Below are positions 1 through 6,713 of a stretch of DNA of 7,122 nt, one piece after another. The DNA lies in NCBI RefSeq assembly GCF_006345805.1, contig NW_021829745.1, positions 1-7,122 on the forward strand. The letters run 5' to 3'. Numbering within the stretch: the stretch's first letter is position 1; every line of letters begins with the position of its first letter. Under the pieces are notes generated by a model. The model was given only the letters and a program-made list of their open reading frames with translations. It was not told where the DNA came from and ran no database searches. This DNA is from Octopus sinensis (lineage: Eukaryota). A program made the position numbers and the translations under genes.

Positions 1-70
1 GCAGTGCTCCAGCAGGACCGCTGTCCAAATTAGCTGAAACAAATAATAAAAAAATTAATAAAAGAAAGAT
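1..70 (+). mobile_element. 3' tail of an Octopus-type tRNA-derived SINE, truncated by the window start
   Basis: GCAGTGCTCCAGCAGGACCGCTGTCCAAATTAGCTGAAACAAAT followed by an A-rich tail resembles, from recall, the 3' end of the SINE family seen at 612-775 and 2211-2483. Not verified by a search. Confidence 0.55.
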
Positions 71-611
71 AAAGGACAAAAAGATAGTACAGTGCGTTTC
101 AGTGGCGCCATCATATTGAAGGCACGTGGCTACGCAGCGGGTGTATCATTTAAATTCTCCTTTTCAAAAGTGACGCTGCTTAAAGAAAATAAAGTGGATC
201 AAAAGCCAGCGCTAGTTTTTATAACGGATGTTTATTTTAAAATGTTAATAGACCAACGTGAAGAAGATTAGAGCGACGAAAGCCAAGATAATGAATACAA
301 TAGATTTATTGTCATGATATAATGCAAAATTGCACACAGAGATCGCATTCATAAATCAAAAGTATCGTAATATTAAAAAGAAAATCAAATTAATTTATAA
401 TAATTCGATTCTGAATTTGTTTCGCATGAATTTTGAATTTTAATTAGAAACTACCACGTGTTGAAACCAATATTGTTGTGTTTATGAAGAGTCCTAATTG
501 ATAAAATTTATTAATACACTCGCCGGTTGTTGTTTGTCTATAGTTCACTTTTCACAACTTACTTTTTCAAAAGCGTCACCAAAATCATTCTGAAAGAGAA
601 ATACGCTGATT

Positions 612-775
612 GGTGCCGGCGCGGCTGTGTGGTAAAGAAGTTTGATTCCCAACCGCATGGTTCTGGTTTCAGTCCCATTGCTCAGCACCTTGGGAAAATG
701 TCTTCTACCCTAGCCTCGGGTCGACCAAGACTTAGAATAGATTTCATTGATGGAATTATGAGAATATTGTCGTGT
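612..775 (+). mobile_element. tRNA-derived SINE, 5' part (diverged copy)
   Basis: Aligns in-window with the reverse complement of 2340-2483. A-box-like CGGCTGTGTGG (~622-632), B-box-like GGTTTCAGTCC (665-675), then CACCTTGGGAAAATGTCTT. It runs into the TA microsatellite at the same position as the other copies. Confidence 0.85.
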
Positions 776-809
776 ATATATATCTATCTATCTATCTATC
801 TATATATAT

Positions 810-855
<46 letters not shown>

Positions 856-863
856 TATATATA

Positions 864-939
<76 letters not shown>
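773..939. repeat. (TA)n microsatellite with a short (TCTA)n block
   Basis: Seen directly; about 165 nt of interrupted TA repeat. Confidence 0.97.
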
Positions 940-1341
940 CAATATTAAGGAATGGCCTTGATAGGCCATTCGACCCACTAGAAAGAGCAGCTAAACTCAA
1001 ACCGCTAAATATTGTAATTCAGAAACCAAAGGAAAATAAAAACATTTACCCTTATCATCTTTGGACTATACATAGTTTCGACATACATATTGGCAAGCCG
1101 ATTTAATTAAATTAAATTAAATCTATTTGCCACTGGCCTGTCTCGTCAGCAAAGAAGCCAGGGAAATATATATCCACGAGGCGACAGCATCGACGCCTCG
1201 AGAATATATATTCTAAATTTTCAAAATCTACCGTCACCTCGCCAACTTCTCAGCAACAAATATAAACTGCTGATTTAATTTCAGAATTAGCCAAAAAATC
1301 ATTAATTAATCAATATCAGGGACCGCTGGTGGCGAAAAATT
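940..1341 (-). mobile_element. ~400-nt unclassified interspersed element between two TA tracts; possible Penelope-like pLTR or retrozyme relic
   Basis: (TA)n on both sides. Perfect 9-bp hairpin at 950-971 and 19-bp imperfect hairpin at 1165-1212. The minus strand has CTGACGA-GACAG-GCCA-GTGGC-AAATAGAT (1121-1149), resembling a decayed hammerhead. Strand is inferred only from that motif. Confidence 0.4.
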
Positions 1342-1396
1342 ATATATATATATACACATATATAGATGAATATATATGTATGTATGCATGTAAAAG

Positions 1397-1630
1397 TGTT
1401 AAAGAGGACAACAAACGTTAAAGCAAGGCAAACATCTCAAGTCATATACATTATTATTATTGGAAAAAATCCAAAGTCTTACAGCTGTTTCTGGGATATC
1501 TCGGAGTATGGGATACTCCATATTCTGGGATATCCCGGAAACGGCTGTAAGACTGAATTTTTTTCCCAATAATAATAATGTATGACTTGAGCTGTTTGCC
1601 TTGCTTTAACATTTGTTGACCTCTTTAACA
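1397..1630. mobile_element. Foldback MITE-like element with TTAA at both ends (Kolobok-like TTAA/RR termini), copy 1
   Basis: Arms of ~115 bp are inverted around a 6-nt loop (GATACT). Ends read TG-TTAA-AGAGG...CCTCT-TTAA-CA. The inverted repeat is certain; the superfamily is inference. Confidence 0.7.
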
Positions 1631-1638
1631 ATTATATA

Positions 1639-1652
1639 TCCGATATATCGGA
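1639..1652. repeat. Perfect 14-bp palindrome TCCGATATATCGGA (repeated in copy 2)
   Basis: Seen directly. Confidence 0.9.
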
Positions 1653-1784
1653 AATCTACAATGGCTCCATAATTACCGTCTCGGCTATAACCTTGGAAGC
1701 CTAGTAATCCGTTACAGTACTTACCTACCGTACCTAGTCGTTTAGATCACCTATGAACTAAATCCCCATATGTTGTATATATGT

Positions 1785-1828
1785 ATGTGTGCGTGTGTGT
1801 GTGTTGTGTGTGTGTGTGTGCGTGTGTT
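1785..1828. repeat. (GT)n microsatellite abutting the 3' end of the LINE fragment
   Basis: Seen directly. Confidence 0.95.
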
Positions 1829-1832
1829 CTTC

Positions 1833-2210
1833 TTTTTCTGTTTTTAATTTAGAGAAAATCTTCACCGGCCACCCACTTGCTTGCAAGGTTATGAAAAGAG
1901 ACATTTCGTTTCGTTCATCGTCATTTAAATCCTAAAAATGTCTTGGAGATCTTTAGAGTCACAAATATCGTAATCATTCGTAGCATATGAATTAAGGATA
2001 TACATTCTCTTCCCAAGAACCTATGTTCAGCCATACTTTGCACCAGACGGCTAAGTATTGTCCCATTGCCCCAATAATAATAGATATGAAGCTGAAAGTG
2101 TATCTTAAGTACAGGATTTGCAAACCCCTTATCAATGGTTCATAGATGTCCTCTTTCTCTTGTATGTTTCTAACCACATTTGTGTCCAGAGGACGGCTGA
2201 TTTCCAAAAC
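1833..2210 (-). pseudogene. 5'-truncated 3' end of an RLE-clade non-LTR retrotransposon (R4/Dong/NeSL-like): C-terminal half of the PD-(D/E)xK endonuclease plus 3' UTR, copy 1
   Basis: Minus strand reads VLEISRPLDTNVVRNIQEKEDIYEPLIRGLQILYLRYTFSFISIIIGAMG, then after a 1-nt frameshift TILSRLVQSMAEHRFLGRECISLIHMLRMITIFVTLKISKTFLGFK-stop (TGA at 1921-1923). This fits the RLE C-terminal pattern E-x-x-x-P-x-D-x-N...EK...Y..L...L....Y....I.IIIGA.G...T.KI.KTFL. About 90 nt of UTR follows, ending at (CA)n. Confidence 0.8.
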
Positions 2211-2286
2211 AGAACTGCTAAGTCACGGGGACGTAAACACACCAGCATCGGTTGTCAAGCGATGTTAGGAGGACAAACACAGACTA

Positions 2287-2329
<43 letters not shown>

Positions 2330-2483
2330 ATATACATATATACGACGGACTTCTTTCAGTTTCCGTCTACCAAATCCACTCACAAGGCTTTAAGACACTT
2401 GCCCAAGGTGCCCCGCAGTGGGACTGAACTCGGAACCATGTGGTTGGTAAGCAAGCTACTTACCATTCAGCCACTCCTACACC
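2211..2483 (-). mobile_element. tRNA-derived SINE with intact 5' head and internal (TA)(TG) microsatellite, lacking its 3' tail, copy 1
   Basis: Minus-strand head GGTGTAGGAGTGGCTGAATGGTAAG...GGTTCCGAGTTCAGTCCCACTGCGGGGCACCTTGGGCAAGTGTCTT has A- and B-box-like motifs. Homologous in-window to 612-775, with a ~22-nt internal deletion at AAGGCTTT|AAGACAC. Confidence 0.88.
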
Positions 2484-2523
2484 TATATATATACTTATAT
2501 ATATGTATGTATGCATGTAAAAG

Positions 2524-2756
2524 TGTTAAAGAGGACAACAAACGTAAAGCAAGGCAAACATCTCAAGTCATATACATTATTATTATTGGAAAAAATCCAA
2601 AGTCTTACAGCTGTTTCTGGGATATCTCGGAGTATGGGATACTCCATATTCTGGGATATCCCGGAAACGGCTGTAAGACTGAATTTTTTTCCCAATAATA
2701 ATAATGTATGACTTGAGCTGTTTGCCTTGCTTTAACATTTGTTGACCTCTTTAACA
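2524..2756. mobile_element. Foldback MITE-like element, copy 2 (inside the tandem duplication)
   Basis: Same as 1397-1630 apart from one deleted T. Confidence 0.7.
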
Positions 2757-2957
2757 ATTATATATCCGATATATCGGAAATCTACAATGGCTCCATAATT
2801 ACCGTCTCGGCTATAACCTTGGAAGCCTAGTAATCCGTTACAGTACTTACCTACCGTACCTAGTCGTTTAGATCACCTATGAACTAAATCCCCATATGTT
2901 GTATATATGTATGTGTGCGTGTGTGTGTTGTGTGGTGTGTGTGTGCGTGTGTTCTTC

Positions 2958-3334
2958 TTTTTCTGTTTTTATTTAGAGAAAATCTTCACCGGCCACCCAC
3001 TTGCTTGCAAGGTTATGAAAAGAGAACATTTCGTTTCGTTCATCGTCATTTAAATCCTAAAAATGTCTTGGAGATCTTTAGAGTCACAAATATCGTAATC
3101 ATTCGTAGCATATGAATTAAGGATATACATTCTCTTCCCAAGAACCTATGTTCAGCCATACTTTGCACCAGACGGCTAAGTATGTCCCATTGCCCCAATA
3201 ATAATAGATATGAAGCTGTGAAAGTGTATCTTAAGTACAGGATTTGCAAACCCCTTATCAATGGTTCATAGATGTCCTCTTTCTCTTGTATGTTCTAACC
3301 ACATTGTGTCCAGAGGACGGCTGATTTCCAAAAC
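2958..3334 (-). pseudogene. RLE non-LTR retrotransposon 3' fragment, copy 2
   Basis: Duplicate of 1833-2210 with extra indels. ORF-track 3046..3261 ends ...VTLKISKTFLGFK. Confidence 0.8.
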
Positions 3335-3410
3335 AGAACTGCTAAGTCACGGGGACGTAAACACACCAGCATCGGTTGTCAAGCGATGTTAGGAGGACAA
3401 ACACAGACTA

Positions 3411-3451
<41 letters not shown>

Positions 3452-3609
3452 ATATAATATACATATATACGACGGACTTCTTTCAGTTTCCGTCTACCAA
3501 ATCCACTCACAAGGCTTTAAGACACTTCCAAGGTGCCCCGCAGTGGGGACTGAACTCGGAACCATGTGGTTGGTAAGCAAGCTACTTACCATTCAGCCAC
3601 TCCTACACC
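3335..3609 (-). mobile_element. tRNA-derived SINE, copy 2
   Basis: Duplicate of 2211-2483. Confidence 0.88.
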
Positions 3610-3638
3610 TATATATATACTTATATATATGTATGTAT

Positions 3639-3640
<2 letters not shown>

Positions 3641-3685
<45 letters not shown>

Positions 3686-3690
3686 CATAT
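3641..3690. repeat. (CA)n/(TA)n microsatellite at the right end of the duplication
   Basis: Seen directly. Confidence 0.95.
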
Positions 3691-4017
3691 AAATTTGACA
3701 TGGTCGATTCGTGTCTTGGGATTCACGGTCAAACGGCTGGGTGGAATTGCACGAAAAATTACGCAGATGTGTAGAATGATCCGGTGGTGATGCTGGGCTT
3801 TGTATCTTTTTTCATAGCTCCCATGGTTCTCGAGATAATCTACTATTATGATATTCTTGTGTTTATGAATGAGAAAGGAAGGGGTGATAGATAAATAAGG
3901 GAGGATGGGGTGATGTCATAATTAGTAGTGGGAGGATGAAAATTGTAAAAAATAAATCAAACAGTGTTTCAACTCTGTGTGAATATATGTGTGTGTATGT
4001 AAAAGGGGGTTATGTGA

Positions 4018-4075
4018 ATGTGTGTGTGTGTGCGTGCGTGTGTGTTTGTGTGTTCGTGTGTACGTGTGCGCGCGC
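4018..4075. repeat. Interrupted (GT)n/(GC)n microsatellite
   Basis: Seen directly. Confidence 0.93.
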
Positions 4076-4283
4076 AATGGAAGTGGGATGGTTCATCCTT
4101 GTTCGCTTAGTATTTGGGTTTATTCATTGATTTGGTTGTATCTTGGCTGGCCTTTTTTGTTGATCGGTTATTTCTAGCGTTTTGACAGAAAAAGGTCATT
4201 CTAAAATTGCTTTTTAATGTAAGCGTGCCCAAACAAGTCGAATGCTTACACAGAGCAGGTTTTACAGCCACATTATCCAACCC

Positions 4284-4312
4284 GCCCGGGTGAAACCGGG
4301 CTTAGCTGCTGG
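4284..4312 (+). mobile_element. Possible Helitron-type 3' terminus (GC-rich hairpin plus CTRR)
   Basis: GCCCGG-GTGAAA-CCGGGC hairpin (4284-4301), then CTGG at 4309-4312. The following base is C rather than the canonical T. Confidence 0.4.
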
Positions 4313-4675
4313 CTTTGGGTAAAGAAAATACAGAAGAACCAGTTAATTATGATTTTGTTCAACATATTTCCCCTCTCAGATTCACACACCCATTGCAGCA
4401 ATCCTTCAGTTTTTTAAGCCCTGTTAAAAAGCTCGGAAGTTTGAGCCTCCAGCCAGGCCTTTCGCTATACCCTTAAAGCCAGGAACTTTTCAGCATACCC
4501 CTAGTATATATATATCTATGACAGCTTTGGGTAAAAAATATCCTGGAGGATCACTTAATTATGATTTTATTCAACGTATTCCTCTCTCAGACTCCCACAT
4601 TTATGGCAACGGTCCTTCAGTTTTGCTCAGCCCTGTAAAAGAAATCTGAAGGTTGGGCCGCCAAACAGGCTTCCG
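4312..4675. repeat. Two diverged direct copies of a ~155-bp unclassified repeat, period ~212 bp (4312-4464 and 4524-4675)
   Basis: Shared blocks in the same order: GCTTTGGGTAAA, TTAATTATGATTTT, CTCTCAGA, TCCTTCAGTTTT, AGCCCTGT, CAGGC. Confidence 0.85.
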
Positions 4676-4886
4676 TGATAATGTTCAGCCTCCGCCTCGT
4701 ATTAAGCGGCTACGTAATAGTTGCATTGTTTTGGTTTGTAAATAATTTGGTTTCGGATATAAATAAGCATTGTCAATTCGATCATTTCTGTTTTCTAATT
4801 GCTTCCGTGAAACATTTCGTTCTCCCGGAAATAATTTCGCTAAACATCGTCTCACATCCTGTCTTTCGTTTATAATTCTTGTTATT

Positions 4887-4940
4887 GATGACGACGACGA
4901 CGACGATGATGTTGATGATGATGATGATGATGATAATGAT
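4887..4940. repeat. (GAC)n(GAT)n compound trinucleotide repeat
   Basis: Seen directly. Confidence 0.95.
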
Positions 4941-5008
4941 GGTTAGCTGCAAGTAAACCTGATCCAAAAAATATACCATCGACTGTGTTTCAGTCGCAAA
5001 TACACCAG

Positions 5009-5009
5009 T

Positions 5010-5040
<31 letters not shown>

Positions 5041-5042
5041 TT
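5009..5042. repeat. (ATTT)n tetranucleotide repeat
   Basis: Seen directly. Confidence 0.95.
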
Positions 5043-5220
5043 GCATATTTGATATTTAGACGCAGTTTGTCTCGGAGCATATTATTCGATGTAAATTATG
5101 TTTAATGAAAACCAGTGCTGTGTGATTCGAAGCAAAATTTTGCTGCCATTTCTAGCCTGCAGAATGATGGTGTATATGCAGTAATTTTGGCCTGTTTTAA
5201 TTGCTTCTCCTAAAAATTCT

Positions 5221-5325
5221 ATCTCTTCCTCTTTTTCTCTCTCTCCTTCTATTCTCTCCTGATTTCTATCACTCCTCTCTCCCTTTCTCTCTCTCTCTCA
5301 TATACATATATATATATATATATAT
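5221..5325. repeat. CT-rich polypyrimidine tract followed by (TA)n
   Basis: Seen directly. Confidence 0.9.
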
Positions 5326-5533
5326 CATTTTATCATTCTATCGACCAGATTATCAAATGTTGTTATACACCGCTTGTCACGATGCACTTCCTCGCATTGC
5401 CGTTGCTCTTGCAGCTTTCGAATGATGCCACACGACCGACAAGGCGCGCAGGCTATACATATAAACATACACACGCGCACACACACACACACATATATAT
5501 GTTGATGTTCTTTTCATGTTCAGTTATAATGGT

Positions 5534-5745
5534 TTCAATTTTTGCCACAAGGGTAAATTTTTTGAGAGGAAGGGGCTAGGTCAACTGCATCGACCTCAGT
5601 ACGCAACTGATACTTATTTTATCGACTCCGAAAAGATGAAAAGCAAAGGCGATCAGGGCAGAATTTAAGCTAAGAACGTAAAAGACAGACGAAATGTTGC
5701 AAAGCATTTTGTTCGACGCGCTAACGAACCAGCCAGGTCAACTCC
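5534..5745 (-). mobile_element. Second tRNA-derived SINE family, diverged, near full length
   Basis: The minus-strand head has A-box-like TGGCTGGTTCGTTAGC and a degenerate B-box TAGCTTAAATTC. The central block TTTGCTTTTCATCTTTTCGGAGTCGATAAAATAAGTATCAG resembles, from recall, a conserved cephalopod SINE domain. Confidence 0.78.
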
Positions 5746-6031
5746 GACATATTCAGATATATATATATATATATAATTATTTGAGGGAATATCAATCCTA
5801 AATTACAGGGAAAAATTCAATTTAGAAATACTAAATCAAATTTCATACAATATAATATATATATATAGTTATCGCCATACTAATATGGCAGTCTATAAAT
5901 ATAAGACTAAAGCTGTCGCTGATTATAGCTCCAAGAGGCCATCGCCTCTAGCTAGCTATATGACACACGAACCTGCGTCTATTACAACCTTCGAACAGGG
6001 GAGGTCAGCCGCTTCACATGCAGTCAGACAT

Positions 6032-6071
6032 CTGCAGACATGTTTCGGGGTTGTGCCCTTTATCAATGCAG
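6032..6071 (-). ncRNA. Minimal type I hammerhead ribozyme motif, U3-A8 core variant, apparently intact
   Basis: Minus strand: CUGCA-UUGAUAA-AGGG-CACAA-CCCC-GAAAC-AU-GUC-UGCAG. Stem I CUGCA/UGCAG, stem II GGG/CCC, GAAA, palindromic stem III ACAUGU, GUC triplet. Predicted cleavage lies between + coordinates 6037 and 6036. Confidence 0.8.
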
Positions 6072-6382
6072 CGTAGTCAGAACCAGGTGTCGCTACTGAC
6101 CGTCTGTTCGAAGATTTTATTTACCTAGTTACAGTGGAATACATCCACTTGTTTTCAATAATAGAAATATTAACATTACTAAGTTTAGTCTTATATTTAT
6201 AGACTGCCATATTAGTCTGGCAAAAACTAATAATACCAGTAACGCTGCCGTAATATCCTTAGAGAGACTTAGTAATTTTAATATTTCTATTATTGAAAAC
6301 AAGTGGATGTATTCCACTGTAACTAGGTAAATAAAATCTTCGAACAGACGGTCAGTAGCGACACCTGCTGGTTCTGACTACG

Positions 6383-6422
6383 CTGCATTGATAAAAGGTA
6401 ACAACCCTGAAACATTCTGCAG
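6383..6422 (+). ncRNA. Second hammerhead motif, probably damaged (G of the GUC triplet missing)
   Basis: CTGCA-TTGATAA-AAGGT-AACA-ACCCT-GAAAC-AT-TC-TGCAG. The ACATGT palindrome is reduced to ACATT, which could be a sequencing indel. Confidence 0.68.
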
Positions 6423-6654
6423 ATGTCTGACTAGAAAGGTGAAGCGGCTGACCTCACCTGTTCGAAGGTTGAATGGACGCAGGTTCGTGTGTCATATAGC
6501 TAGCTAGAGGCGATGGCCTCTTGGAGCTAATCAGCGACACAGCTTTAGTTTCTTATTTTAGACTGCCATATTAGTATGGCGATAACTTTTAATATCCAGT
6601 AAAACGCTGCCGTAATCTCCTTTAGAGAGACTTAGTAATTTTAATATTTCTATT

Positions 6655-6679
6655 ATATATATATATATATATATATATA
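6655..6679. repeat. (TA)n microsatellite flanking the hammerhead element
   Basis: Seen directly; matching TA tracts at 5757-5777 and 5851-5866. Confidence 0.95.
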
Positions 6680-6713
6680 AACTTAGAAAAAAAACACGTT
6701 TTATCAATTCAAA

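Larger units (their letters stand above)
1370..3639. repeat. Direct tandem duplication, unit ~1127 bp (copy 1 ~1370-2497, copy 2 ~2498-3639)
   Basis: GCATGTAAAAGTG occurs at 1386 and 2513, TCCTACACCT at 2475 and 3601. By eye the copies differ only by 1-2 nt indels. Confidence 0.97.
5867..6655 (+). mobile_element. Non-autonomous hammerhead-bearing retroelement (Penelope-like pLTR or retrozyme): inverted copy 5867-6183 plus 1.3 tandem sense units 6184-6655, monomer ~360 nt
   Basis: 5867-6183 is the reverse complement of 6268-6587 (roughly 90% by eye). 6184-6292 repeats at ~6544-6655 (AGACTGCCATATT at 6201 and 6560). (TA)n on both flanks, no ORF, and a hammerhead motif in each full copy. Confidence 0.82.

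Noticed and set aside
527-850. 107-aa ORF
   Set aside because: It runs through a SINE and ends in IY repeats translated from (TA)n; no protein signal.
950-981. Hairpin followed by CTAG as a Helitron 3' end
   Set aside because: CTAG is followed by A, not T, and the motif lies at the start of a block that continues rightward.
1366-1572. ORFs 1366..1572, 2399..2698, 2495..2695 and 2511..2711 sharing similar peptides
   Set aside because: The similarity comes from the foldback and the tandem duplication, not from a gene family.
2400-2483. tRNA gene
   Set aside because: It has A/B-box-like motifs but no complete cloverleaf and is continuous with the SINE body.
3691-4177. Possible exon or RT fragment (ORFs 3566..3790, 3936..4130, 3989..4177)
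   Set aside because: No recognisable motif in the frames I read; the CV and TH runs derive from microsatellites.
4782-4979. Poly-Ile/Val ORF on the minus strand
   Set aside because: It is a translation of the (GAT)n(GAC)n repeat.
5885-6317. ORFs 5885..6076 and 6129..6317 as proteins of the hammerhead element
   Set aside because: They are not preserved in the other copy, one crosses the inversion junction, and neither has RT or GIY-YIG motifs.
5867-6587. Reading the inverted arms as DNA-transposon TIRs
   Set aside because: The spacer is itself part of the monomer and the right arm continues as a direct repeat to 6655, which fits pLTR inversion rather than TIRs.
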